The position numbers and the translations under genes are program-made. A stretch of 64,000 nt of DNA from Cetorhinus maximus. Lineage: Eukaryota. The notes beneath the pieces are model-generated. The model was not told the origin of the DNA. It did not search any database and was given only the letters and a program-made list of their open reading frames with translations. Shown here piece after piece: positions 12,127-23,464 of the stretch (position 1 is the stretch's first letter; each line of letters opens with the position of its first letter). The stretch spans positions 6,014,001-6,078,000 of the forward strand of contig NC_135914.1 of assembly GCF_964194155.1 (NCBI RefSeq), in the 5' to 3' direction.

Positions 12127-13018
12127 TGTTGTGGCAGGTGGATGGTAAATGCCAAGCTGCCCAAACCCCAGGGGAAATTTGAAGGAGTTGCCAGAACGAT
12201 TTGCAATTTGTGCTTATTTTGAGATGGGGCTTTGAATTCAGTAAAAAGACGGCCACCAATTCTTATAGGTTTCTTACAAAACTAAATTAAACCTTCATTC
12301 ATGGAAGAAATGATATTAAGCACATACATAGGGCCACAAATTACTGCTATGATAACTTCTACATCTTCTAATTAATCTAAACCCCAGTTACACCTCCATT
12401 AAGGTAACAGTGCAACACATAGATTTTAAAAGACCCAGGCAAAGGAACATGATACCCTGAACAATCCAACTCAAAGTGAGTTTTTTTTCAGCTTCAGTTC
12501 CTTGCAGACAGCAGCTTGAGGCTTAGATGCAGGAAGCTTTTCACACTTGTTTTGGATCTTAGAATGCCTGCCCTTACACACAGCCTTCTCTCCTTTATAA
12601 ATATTTTCCCTTTTGAATGCAAATTCCCCATTGTTTCACATTGTCTTTGGACTTTTACTTCTCTAATAATAAAAATCTATCATAGTACCAATTTTAGCAG
12701 TAATCTTTGGGAAAAATAAACACACTGTATCTTAACATCTCCTGGCTAGGTGTAATATTTCACTCCCTCTTTTGAATTCAAGCTAGTCTGGTTTATTTAA
12801 AAATGCAACTGTTCCCTTTACACCTTCCATTCTAAATCTTCCCCCACGTTAACTACTTAATATTTCAAACCTAGTTTATCTTCTGATACATCAAAGCCTT
12901 CAGACCAGTTACTTTTAATTAAATTAAGTCTCTCTCTCACACACATACACACCCCCCCCCACTATTATTCTACAATAAATTCCAAGAACATTATGAAATT
13001 TATTATACCTTCCTGACA
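12127..13018. mobile_element. Putative solo LTR (TGT...ACA, ~890 bp, AT-rich) inserted in the 38-bp array
   Basis: Starts TGTTGTGGCAGGT, ends ACCTTCCTGACA (imperfect inverted termini); flanks cagag/caggg; array-like sequence resumes after it. Confidence 0.5.
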
Positions 13019-13148
13019 CACAGGGAGGGTTATTAGGACTGGAGGAGGTAACAGTGAGCACTGCTCTGGGCCATGAGTCCATATTCTTGTTGTTGCATTA
13101 ACGCTGCTGGTTGCTTTACTCTGTGAGTTAACGTTGTGCTGTTTTCAG

Positions 13149-13271
13149 GACTGGATTTCTCTGATGGATCATGAGTCAATGGACTATGACACATCCAACT
13201 CTGACCTCCGAGAAACATCAGACTCACGGTCGAGGACATCCTCAGCAAGTCTTCAAACGGCCATCATTGAG
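13149..13271 (+). CDS. DENND4B: DENND4B exon DWISLMDHESMDYDTSNSDLRETSDSRSRTSSASLQTAIIE
   Basis: tttcag| and |gtcagc, 123 nt, phase 0 to 0; corresponds to the human segment ending SFQSPSLE. Confidence 0.8.
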
Positions 13272-13359
13272 GTCAGCTGCTTCATTTCTAATTTGCTTTT
13301 TATTGGTGATACAGGGGTCATTCCCTCGGGTGGGGGGCATTCCCTCGACACAGGGTGGG

Positions 13360-14075
13360 AGTGATAGACACAGGGACTGCCATCAGCACGGGGGCCCTCG
13401 ATCTCTCACTGCGGTGTGCTGTAGGTGCGAGTGATAGACACAGGGACTGTCCCCAGCACGGGTATCTCCTCGATCTCTCACTGCGGTGTGCTGTAGGTGC
13501 GAGTGATAGACACAGGGACTGTCCTCAGCACGGGTATCTCCTCGATCTCCCACTGCGGTGTGCTGTAGGTGGGGGTGATAGACACAGGGACTGTCCTCAG
13601 CACGGGTATCTCCTCGATCTCTCACTGTGGTGTGCTGTAGCTGGGGGTGATAGACACAGGGACTGTCCCCAGCACGGGTATCTCCTCGATCTCTCACTGT
13701 GGTGTGCTGTTGGTGGAGGTGATAGACACAGGGACTGTCCCCAGCACGGGTATCTCCTCGATCTCTCACTGCGGTGTGCTGTAGGTGCGGGTGATAGACA
13801 CAGGGACTGTCCCCAGCACAGGTATCTCCTCGATCTCTCACTGCGGTGTGCTGTAGGTGGGGGTGATAGACACAGGGACTGTCCTCAGCACGGGTATCTC
13901 CTCGATCTCTCACTGTGGTGTGCTGTAGCTGGGGGTGATAGACACAGGGACTGTCCTCAGCACGGGTATCTCCTCGATCTCTCACTGTGGTGTGCTGTAG
14001 CTGGGGGTGATAGACACAGGGACTGTCCCCAGCACGGGTATCTCCTCGATCTCTCACTGCGGTGTGCTGTCGGTG
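13360..14075. repeat. 72-bp minisatellite, ~10 units
   Basis: Period 72 (gatagaca at 13433 and 13505). Confidence 0.95.
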
Positions 14076-14138
14076 GGGGTGTCTGGGTATCTAATCCAGT
14101 CTTTAGCTTCACAGTGTTGCTCTGTGTTTTGCTGCTAG

Positions 14139-14317
14139 GTTCTGCTGTCGAGTTGTTCTCTCTGTACGAGCTGTGCCTCGCTGGTCTATGATGAGGAGAT
14201 TATGGCCGGATGGACTGCGGACGATTCCAATCTGAACACCACTTGTCCATTCTGTACTCGCTCCTTTCTCCCATTGCTTAATATCGAGATATATGAACCA
14301 CACCTGCAACAGACCAG
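14139..14317 (+). CDS. DENND4B: DENND4B exon [39 protein letters not shown]
   Basis: tgctag| and |gtacag, 179 nt; conserved DENND4 motif [22 protein letters not shown]. Confidence 0.95.
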
Positions 14318-15066
14318 GTACAGCATCTCCCTCTCTCTCTCACACACACACAATGTGCTCCTCTCTGTCCGACACTCCCTTCTTGCTCTGCACTGTTACT
14401 CTTCCCTGTGCACATTCAGTCCCACACCCCCACTCGGTCCCACCCCCCACTCGGCCCCACCCCCCCAGGCCCCACCCTCCCCTCCCCCCCCCCCCCCCCT
14501 CGGCCCCACCCTCCCCTTGGCCCCCCCCCTCGGCCCCACCCTCCCCTCGGCCCCACCCACCACCCTGCCCTCGGCCACGCCCCCACCCCCCTCGGTTCCG
14601 CCCCCCCACCCTCCCCTCAGCCTCGGCCCCCCCACCCTCCCCTCAGCCTCGGCCCCGCCCCTCACCCTCCCATCTGTCTCACACCCCCACCCCCTCCCCA
14701 CCCTCCCCTCGGAGCTACACACCCGCCCCCCTCCACCCAGTCCCACCCGCCGCCCCACCCTGCACCCTCCCCTCGGTCCCGCCCGCCCCCCCATTGTCCC
14801 ACCCCACACCCTCCCTCAGTCCCGCGCGCCCCCCCCATCGTCCCACCCTGCACCCTCCCCTCGGTCCCGCGCGCCCCCCCCCAGGTCTGGCACCTCATGC
14901 CCCACCCTGCGCCCCTGCCTCGCCTCGTGCCCTCGCCTTGCACCCCCGCCTCGCCTCGCGCCCTCGCTGCTCCAGCTGTGTCTCTGTGCCTAGGTGCTTG
15001 TGCTTTGAGTGTCGGGAAGCCCTGTCTGCCTGGGAATGAGCTAATAGGTGTTGTGGTTGGCTGCAG

Positions 15067-15238
15067 TTCTCAAGAAGGCTCAGTGAGCACCACAAGTGTT
15101 CAGCTGATGTTGAATGATCACCATGGGAGCACCATGTCCTCTAGCAGCACCCAGTCACCTGTCCTCAGTGACCGCAGCCAGATTCTGAGTGAAGATGAAA
15201 CTGAGGCCGATTACCTGGGCAAGTGGAGCAGCACTCTG
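15067..15238 (+). CDS. DENND4B: DENND4B exon SQEGSVSTT...SPVLSDRSQILSEDET...STL
   Basis: ctgcag| and |gtgagt, 172 nt, phase 2 to 0; PVLSDR motif shared with human. Confidence 0.8.
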
Positions 15239-15464
15239 GTGAGTCCCAGACTGATTTCTCATTGACACTCCAGAAATATTCTTTCATATCCCATAACCCA
15301 GCTGTTTAATAATCCTGTAATCCAAATGTTGGGCTGGTATCCACTAACTTGGCTCTTTGGCCATTCTGTAATCCAGTTGTTGGGTACCACCCAATACTTC
15401 AGATGTTGGTGAGCATGCACTAGCCCAGCTGTAATCCTGCTCCGTTTCTGCTTTGCTGATGTAG

Positions 15465-15719
15465 AGTTGGCTGGGATCCAGACGCGGGGAGCTGGGTCCA
15501 GAGCGAGTGACAGTGGCGTACGTCAGTCCCCTGGTGCTGAGGAAGGAGCTGGAGAGCCTGATGGAGAATGAAGGAGACACGGTGCTGTCACAGGCTGAAT
15601 TCGTCGACAAGCATCCCATCATATTCTGGAACCTGGTTTGGTATTTCCACCGGCTCGAGCTCCCCCATAATCTGCTTCAGCTGGTGTTAACATCGCAACA
15701 CATTAAACCACCGACACAG
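15465..15719 (+). CDS. DENND4B: DENND4B exon ..[36 protein letters not shown]..
   Basis: atgtag| and |gtaggc, 255 nt; conserved DENND4 C-terminal motifs. Confidence 0.95.
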
Positions 15720-15809
15720 GTAGGCATGTACAGGGGAGGCACACACACTCATCCTACAGCTCATTGTAGCTGTGCGAGGCCTCATGCTTAATCTAACAAA
15801 CATATTATC

Positions 15810-16085
15810 CTCACTGGGACTGAGGTGTACTGGGCAGGGACCCACTGCCCACACTGGGACTGAGGTGCACTGGGCAGGGACCCACTGCCCACACTGGGAC
15901 TGAGGTGCACTGGGCAGGGACCCACTGCCCACACTGGGACTGAGGTGCACTGGGCAGGGACCCACTGCCCACACTGGGACTGAGGTGCACTGGGCAGGGA
16001 CCCACTGCCCACACTGGGACTGAGGTGCACTGGGCAGGGATCCACTGTCCACACTGGGACTGAGGTGCACTGGGCAGGGATCCAG
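15810..16085. repeat. 40-bp minisatellite (cactgggactgaggtgcactgggcagggacccactgccca)
   Basis: About 7 near-perfect units. Confidence 0.95.
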
Positions 16086-16173
16086 TGGCCGTTCAGAGTG
16101 CACTGGTTATTTTGGGATCTGGGAGATGAGACGCCACCATTATAACCAGGTAAATGAAGTTTTGTTGTTGCAG

Positions 16174-16291
16174 GATTCGCCTCTGTGGATGTTTCACAGC
16201 AACATGCTGCTCCGAGTCAGGATCTTATGGGATGTGCTGACGCTTGACCCTAACCAGTGCCCACCCCTTTACGTTTTATGGCGGATGTACA
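16174..16291 (+). CDS. DENND4B: DENND4B exon DSPLWMFHSNMLLRVRILWDVLTLDPNQCPPLYVLWRMY
   Basis: ttgcag| and |gtaagt, 118 nt; matches human VRLLWDVLTPDPNSCPPLYVLWR. Confidence 0.95.
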
Positions 16292-16874
16292 GTAAGTCAC
16301 TGTCCCCCACCCTGGGACTTATTACTGAATTATCAGAAGAACAGGTTTTTATTCTAATCGTGTGAATCTATAGTGACACGCAGCATGTAATGGTGCCATT
16401 CGGCCCCTTGGTGTTTGTGCTGGCCCCTGTGGGGAAGAGCTATTCAGTTAAATCCCACTCCCCTCCCCTTCGCTCATTCCCAGAGTGTTGGAAATGTGTC
16501 CTTTCCTTTTTGAAAGTTCCTATTGAATCTGCTTCCACCGCCCTTTCAGGCAGCGAGTTCCAGGTCACAACAACTCGCTGTGTAAAAATAAAAAAAAAGG
16601 TTTCCTCATGTTACCCCTGGTTTTTTTTACTGATTATTTTAAATGTGTGTCCCTCTGGTCACTGAGCCTCCTACCACTGGAAAGAGTTTCTCCTTGATCA
16701 CTCTATCGTGATACTCTACCCTTCATGATTTTATGTATGATTGATGTACATGGTTTATCAGATCTTGTGTAGATTTGCACAGAATTTCCAGCAAAGAAAC
16801 AGGCCATCTGGCCATTCCTGCCAGTGTTTCTGTTCCACACAAGCCTCCTCCCACTGCCTCTTCATCTCCCCCCA

Positions 16875-17520
16875 TCACAGAATCTCTCAGTGCAGAAGAG
16901 GCCCTTCGGCCCATCGAGTCTGCACCGACACGTGAGAAACACCTGACCTACCTACCTAATCCCATTGACCAGCACTTGGCCCCATAGCCTTGAATGTTAT
17001 GACGTGCCAAGTGCTCATCCAGGTACTTTTTAAAGGATGTGAGGCAACCCGCCTCCACCACCCTCCCAGGCAGCGCATTCCAGACCGTCACCACCCTCTG
17101 GGTAAAAAAGTTTTTCCTCACATCCCCCCTAAACCTCCTGCCCCTCACCTTGAACTCATGTCCCCTTGTGACTGACCCTTCAACTAAGGGGAACAGCTGC
17201 TCCCTATCCACCCTGTCCATGCCCTCATCAACATATCCATCTATTCCTTTCTCCCTCATGTGTTTATCCAGCTTCCCCCTTCAATACATCTGAGTTATTC
17301 ACCTCGACCACTCCCTGTGGGAGCGAGTCCCACATTCTCCCCACTCTCTGGGTAAAGACGTTTCTCCTGAATTCCCCGTCGGATTTATTAGTGACTGTCT
17401 TATATTGATGGCCCCTCCCCCACCTAGTCCTGGTCTCCCAAATTGGAAACATCTCTACCCTATCAAAACGTTTCATAATCTCAAAGACCTCAATTAGGTC
17501 ACCCCTTAGCTTTCTCTTTC
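16875..17520 (-). mobile_element. CR1-type LINE 3' end fragments (two adjacent copies)
   Basis: Minus peptides TRGHEFKVRGRRFRGDVRKNFFTQRVVTVWNALP and RRNVFTQRVGRMWDSLP. Confidence 0.8.
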
Positions 17521-17521
17521 A

Positions 17522-18095
17522 TTGTACAGAACCTTGGTGAGACTGCACCTGGAGTATTGTGTGCAGTTTAGGTCTCCTTACCTAAGGAAGGAAATACTGG
17601 CCATAGAGGGAGTGCAACAAAGGTTCACCAGACTAATCCCTGGGATGACAGGATTGTCCTATGAGGAGGGATTGAGGAGACTGGGCCTGTATTCTCTAGA
17701 GTTTAGCAGATTGAGAGGTGACCTCGTTGAGGTGTACAAAATTCTCACAGGGCTCGACAGGGTAGATGCAGGAAGGATGTTTCTCCTGGTTGGGGGTCTA
17801 GAACCAGGGGACACAGTCTCAGAATAAGAGGTCAGCCATTTAGGGTTGAGATGAGTAGGAATTTTTTCAGTCAGTGGGTGGTGAATCTTTGGAATTCTCT
17901 GCCCCAGAGAACTGTGGAGGCTCAGTCACCGAGTATGTTCAAAGCAGAGGCTGATAGATTTCTAGATACCAATGTCATCATGGGATAGGGGGATAGTGCG
18001 GGAGGATGGCCTTGAGGTGGAAGATTAGCCATGGTCTAGCTGGATGGCAGTGCAGGCTCGAGGGGCTGAATGGCCTGGGCCTGCTCCTGTGTTCC
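17522..18095 (+). mobile_element. CR1-type LINE 3' fragment
   Basis: YRTLVRLHLEYCVQFRSPYLRKEILAIEGVQQRFTRLIPG. Confidence 0.85.
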
Positions 18096-18254
18096 CAAAG
18101 AACTCCAGCCTGTTCAACCTCTACCAATAGTTATAACCTCTTGGATCTGGTATCAGATTTTTTTTGTACCTTCTCCAGTGCTTTTATTTCCTTGATAAAA
18201 TATGGAGGCAGGAATTATGCACAGTACTCAGTGCAATCAGACAGAGGGTTACAT

Positions 18255-18950
18255 AGACACACTGTCAGATGTGTACAGAGGTGTTCACCCTGTGTACAGA
18301 CACACTGTCAGAAGTGTATAGAGGTGTTCACTCCTGTGTACAGTCATATGTGTACAGAGGTGTTCAGTGTACAGACACAGTCAGATGTGTACAGAGGTGT
18401 TCACCCTGTGTACAGACACACTGTCAGAAGTGTATAGAGGTGTTCACTCCTGTGTACAGTCATATGTGTACAGAGGTGTTCAGTGTACAGACACAGTCAG
18501 ATGTGTGCAGAGGTGTTCAACCCTGTGTACAGACACACTGTCAGAAGTGTATAGAGGTGTTCACTCCTGTGTACAGTCATATGTGTACAGAGGTGTTCAG
18601 TGTACAGACACAGTCAGATGTGTGCAGAGGTGTTCAACCCTGTGTACAGACAGACAGTCAGATGTGTACAGAAGTGTTTGTTCACTCTTATGTACAGTCA
18701 GATGTGTACAGAAGTGTTCACTCCTGTGTACAGACAGAGTCAGATGTGCACAGAGGTGTTCAACCCTGTGTACAGACACACTTAGATGTGTACACAGTTA
18801 GATGTGTACAGAGGTGTTCACTCTGTGTACAGTCAGACGTGTACAGAGGTGTTCACTGTGTACAGACACAGTCAGATGTGTACAGAGGTGTTCACTGTGT
18901 ACAGACACACAATCAGATGTGTACAGAGGTGTTCACCCCTGTGTACAGAC
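18255..18950. repeat. TGTACA-rich compound minisatellite
   Basis: Repeated cagatgtgtacagaggtgttca units with higher-order repeats. Confidence 0.9.
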
Positions 18951-18994
18951 ACTCTTTTGGGTGTAACCCTCTGCTAACCATACATTTAAAATGC

Positions 18995-19530
18995 CAACAA
19001 CTTCAGACCATGAACACTCTCCTCTATCTTCACCCCTTTTTTAATCCCTTTATGAAAAAAATATTTTAAATTTTTATTTACTTATTTTTATTTTCATTTA
19101 TTTATTAATTGTTTTAACCCTTTTTCCCCAACCACCGCTCCCTCCCCCCATCCCCAAAAGGGCCACCTGTTACTTGCTTCATGTTGTTCTTTCACAGAGT
19201 GCTTACGTTTGTTCTGCTATTAACACATTCTGCTTTCTTACCTTTCTGCCACTATCAGCACCCCCTTTAGCCCTTACCACTACCATTAACATTCCCTTTG
19301 TCTTTTTGTCCATGACATCTTTTCTCAATCTCTCCTTGGTCCCCACCTATCGCTGACCTTCTATCCAGCTTCACCTGCTCCCCCCGCTATAAACAGTATA
19401 AATTTCATCACATTTCTACTTCTCTTTAGCTCTGAAGAAGAGGCACACAGATTCGAAACGTTAACTCTGTTCCTCTCTCCACAGACGCTGTCAGACTTGC
19501 TGAGTTTTTCCAGCACTTTCTGCTTTCATT
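18995..19530 (+). mobile_element. Penelope-like element terminal repeat (solo pLTR) with hammerhead-like motif
   Basis: Starts caacttcagaccatgaac (cf. ORF end at 36980-37000) and ends with ctgaaga..gaaacgttaact..ctgagtttttccagc like 37379-37460. Confidence 0.7.
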
Positions 19531-20003
19531 TAAAATGCCTGTTCGTGCCCTGGTGAGGGCTGCAGTATGTGTGCATTGATATTCAATTGAGTGAAGTCCC
19601 TGCCGTTTTGTTAGGATACCTGGGCTGGAACTGTTCAGAGCCCAGCGTCTGTAATGGTTTCTTGCTGTGTAGTGGGACTTGGGTCATTGCACTGCCAGTC
19701 CTATGGCTGCAGCAGTCAGTAGCTGCATGTTAGGAAGAGGATTCTGCTCCTGATGGCTCTCCACCGACCTCTGCTGGCAAGTGTGGATAGCGCACTCTGC
19801 TGTGATTTCCTCCCCACAGGGGAATGAATGCTGCAGGGTTGTACCTGAAGAGAGATGACATGGGGGGGTCATCATGAGTTTCTGGATTCCTGACAGGGGA
19901 ATGTTGAGGGGGTTTACTGGATTTCAGTCGGTGAAGATTCCCATTCACGGTGTTTGTCTGTAAAGGTACAAGCTCGGTCTGAGTGCTAGTGTGTCGTTTG
20001 CAG

Positions 20004-20163
20004 GTCAGCTGCCCGTGCACCAGTGGAGGACAGTGAACCAGCCCTTTACTCTAAGCTACCTGGAGGAGGTGGTCCGCTACGTCGGGTTAAACGAGGTGCA
20101 TAAAGCCATCAACATGATCATAGAGACACTGGGTCATCAGCCAGCACAACCTCCGCTACAGAG
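20004..20163 (+). CDS. DENND4B: DENND4B exon QLPVHQWRTVNQPFTLSYLEEVVRYVGLNEVHKAINMIIETLG
   Basis: ttgcag| and |gtagga, 160 nt; matches human LLESVLRHVGLNEVHKAVGLLLETLG. Confidence 0.93.
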
Positions 20164-20229
20164 GTAGGAGGGCAGGACTCAGTGCAATGGGTGAGAGGCA
20201 GGCTCTTTGTGTCTGCCAGCTCACCAGTC

Positions 20230-21252
20230 TCTGTGTGAGTGAGTGTGTGTGTGTGTGAGGGTCTCACCCCTCTGCCCTGTGTGTGTGTGTGTGAGGGTCT
20301 CATCCCTCTACCCTGTGTGTGAGTGTGTGTGTGAGGGTCTCATCCCTCTGCCCTGTGTATGTGTGTGTGTGTGAGGGTCTCATCCCTCTGCCCTGTGTGT
20401 GTGTGTGTGTGTGTGTGTGAGAGGGTCTCATCCCTCTGCCCTGTCTGTGTGTGTGTGTGNNNNNNNNNNNNNNNNNNNNNNNNNNNNNNNNNNNNNNNNN
20501 NNNNNNNNNNNNNNNNNNNNNNNNNNNNNNNNNNNNNNNNNNNNNNNNNNNNNNNNNNNNNNNNNNNNNNNNNNNNNNNNNNNNNNNNNNNNNNNNNNNN
20601 NNNNNNNNNNNNGTGTGTGTGTGAGGGTCTCATCCCTCTGCCCTGTGTGTGTGTGAGGGTCTCATCCCTCTGCCCTGTCTGTGTGTGTGTGTGTGTGTGA
20701 GGGTCTCATCCCTCTGCCCTGTGTGTGTGTGTGTGTGTGTGAGTGTCTCATCCCTCTGCCCTGTGTGTGTGAGGGTCTCATCCCTCTGCCCTGTCTGTGT
20801 GTGTGTGTCTGTGTGAGGGTCTCATCCCTCTGCCCTGTGTATGTGTGTGTGTGTGAGGGTCTNNNNNNNNNNNNNNNNNNNNNNNNNNNNNNNNNNNNNN
20901 NNNNNNNNNNNNNNNNNNNNNNNNNNNNNNNNNNNNNNNNNNNNNNNNNNNNNNNNNNNNNNNNNNNNNNNNNNNNNNNNNNNNNNNNNNNNNNNNNNNN
21001 NNNNNNNNNNNNNNNNNNNNNNNNNNNNNNNNNNNNNNNNNNNNNNNNNNNNNNNNNNNNNNNNNNNNNNNNNNNNNNNNNNNNNNNNNNNNNNNNNNNN
21101 NNNNNNNNNNNNNNNNNNNNNNNNNNNNNNNNNNNNNNNNGTGTGTGTGAGGGTCTCATCCCTCTACCGTGTGTGTGTGTGTGTGAGGGTCTCACCCCTC
21201 TGCCCTGTGTGTGTGTGTATGTGTGTGTGAGGGTCTCATCCCTCTGCCCTGC
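20230..21252. repeat. (GT)n + gagggtctcatccctctgccct compound repeat containing gaps 20460-20612 and 20863-21140
   Basis: Visible tandem units on both sides of the N runs. Confidence 0.9.
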
Positions 21253-21602
21253 CTGTGGCTCCCTCCCTGTGTCCCTCGCCGCCCCTCACCGCCCCCCCTC
21301 GCTGCCCTCTCCCCCATCTCCCCCCCTCCCCCTCACCCTCCATCGCTCCCCCCCTCCCCCTCACCCTCCATCGCTCCCCCTCACCCTCCCTCGCTCAGCC
21401 TCACCCTCCCTCACTCCCCCTCACCCTCCCCTCGCTCCCTGTTTTTGTTTGATTTGTTCTCTGAAAGGAGAGCTCTCCACTGTGAGGCTGAAGAGGTGCT
21501 GGGAGTTTCAGGAGCTCCAGGGAAAGTGCACCCAAAGAGTGGGTCAGTGCTCTCAAACTAGGTGAAGAAGTTTAACCTGTTCCTTTATCTTACCTCCGGT
21601 AG

Positions 21603-21667
21603 GAGTCTGTACAGAGAGATTCTCTTCCTGACCATGGCTGCACTGGGGAAGGACAACATGGATATCG
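21603..21667 (+). CDS. DENND4B: DENND4B exon SLYREILFLTMAALGKDNMDI
   Basis: cggtag| and |gtgagg, 65 nt; human GIYREILFLTMAALGKDHVDI. Confidence 0.95.
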
Positions 21668-21880
21668 GTGAGGGTCCATACAGTGTATATTGTGACATTA
21701 TCAGAGAGGCTGTGTGTCTGTCACGTATCTTCTGTCTGCCGGCCGGTGTTTCCAATCGGAATTTCCAGCGGAGTATTGTCATCCTCTTGCAAACATGCAG
21801 ATACTGTAAATCTGAAGTGAAATAGGCATTCCTACCAACATCAAACAGGTTCTCTCCCTATCCTTGATGTTATCAGGCAA

Positions 21881-22752
21881 TTAGATACAGAGTAAAGCTC
21901 CCTCTACACTGTCCCCATCAAACACTCCCAGGACAGGTACAGCACGGGGTTAGATACAGAGTAAAGCTCCCTCTACACTGTCCCCATCAAACACTCCCAG
22001 GACAGGTACAGCACGGGGTTAGATACAGAGTAAAGCTCCCTCTACACTGTCCCCATCAAACACTCCCAGGACAGGTACAGCACGGGGTTAGATACAGAGT
22101 AAAGCTCCCTCTACATTGTCCCCATCAAACACTCCCAGGACAGGTACAGCACGGAGTTAGATACAGAGTAAAGCTCCCTCTACACTGTCCCCATCAAACA
22201 CTCCCAGGACAGGTACAGCACGGGGTTAGATACAGAGTAAAGCTCCCTCTACACCGTCCCCATCAAACACTCCCAGGACAGGTACAGCACGGGGTTAGAA
22301 ACAGAGTAAAGCTCCCTCTACACTGTCCCCATCAAACACTCCCAGGACAGGTACAGCATGGGGTTACAAACAGAGTAAAGCTCCTTCTACACTGTCCCCA
22401 TCAAACACTCCCAGGACAGGTACAGCACGGGGTTAGATACAGAGTAAAGCTCCCTCTACACCGTCCCCATCAAACACTCCCAGGACAGGTGCAGCACGGG
22501 GTTAGATACAGAGTAAAGCTCCCTCTACACTGTCCCCATCAAACACTCCCAGGACATGTACAGCACGGGGTTAGATACAGAGTAAAGCTCCCTCTACACC
22601 GTCCCCATCAAACACTCCCAGGACAGGTACAGCACGGGGTTAGATACAGAGTAAAGCTCCCTCTACACTGTCCCCATCAAACACTCCCAGGACAGGTACA
22701 GCACGGGGTTAGATACAGAGTAAAGCTCCCTCTACACTGTCCCCATCAAACA
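21881..22752 (+). repeat. 69-bp dispersed minisatellite (tagatacagagtaaagctccctctacactgtccccatcaaacactcccaggacaggtacagcacggggt)
   Basis: About 12.5 units; same unit inverted at 43310 and 53655. Confidence 0.95.
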
Positions 22753-23318
22753 CGTTTCGTCACTGCCTCTAGTGTGTTTTGTATCCTGCATTTGCTTCCT
22801 CTTTTTTTTACTCGATATGGAGTTTGCTGTTTGTCTGGATGGGCAGCACTCATTGATGTGTTTTATTTGTTTGGGATTTTGAGGATCTACCTGTACAATG
22901 TTCAGAAATAACCATTTATTCTCTCCTTTTTCACTGTCCCTTTCTCTGTCCCTCTCCTCTATTCCTCTTCTGTGTCTCTCTCTTCCATTCTCTCCTGCCT
23001 CCCCCTCACTCGCTCTCTCACTCCCCCACCCCCGCACATTTCGCCCTCACTCACTTTCTCTCGCCCACCCTCTCCCCTCCTTGCCCTCCCTCTCTTGCTC
23101 CCCATTCCTCCTCCTCCCTCCTCTCCCATCCTCCCTCACCGAACCCCTCCCCCTCTTTCTCGTTTCCCCATCCCCCCCCAATCTCTCTCATTCCCCCGTC
23201 CCCCTCTCTCTCTCCCATCGCTTTCTCTCTCTCGCTACCCCATCCCCACTCTCTTCCTCCGCCCCCTCCCCCCCATCCCCCTCTCTCTTGCTTGCCCTCC
23301 TGTGTGTGATTCTAACAG

Positions 23319-23464
23319 GTATATTTGACAAGAGATACCGGGCCGCGTGTACCCGCCTGGCCAGCTCCCGGGGCCCAGAGCAGCTGAAGCAGGACCGTGT
23401 CCTGCCTCCGAGTGCCAAGGCCGTTGACTGTCGGAAAACCTTTGGAGCTTTGTTGGAATGCTGA
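23319..23464 (+). CDS. DENND4B: DENND4B terminal coding exon IFDKRYRAACTRLASS...PPSAKAVDCRKTFGALLEC*
   Basis: taacag| acceptor, TGA stop; human ends AFDKKYKSAFNKLASS..PTPKAIDCRKCFGAPPEC. Confidence 0.95.

Noticed and set aside
21881-22752. Regular arrays superficially like CRISPR
   Set aside because: Head-to-tail repeats with no unique spacers, no cas genes, vertebrate context
6564-23464. Assignment to DENND4A or DENND4C
   Set aside because: Motifs [26 protein letters not shown] and VGLNEVHKA plus the CREB3L4/PMF1 neighbourhood fit DENND4B
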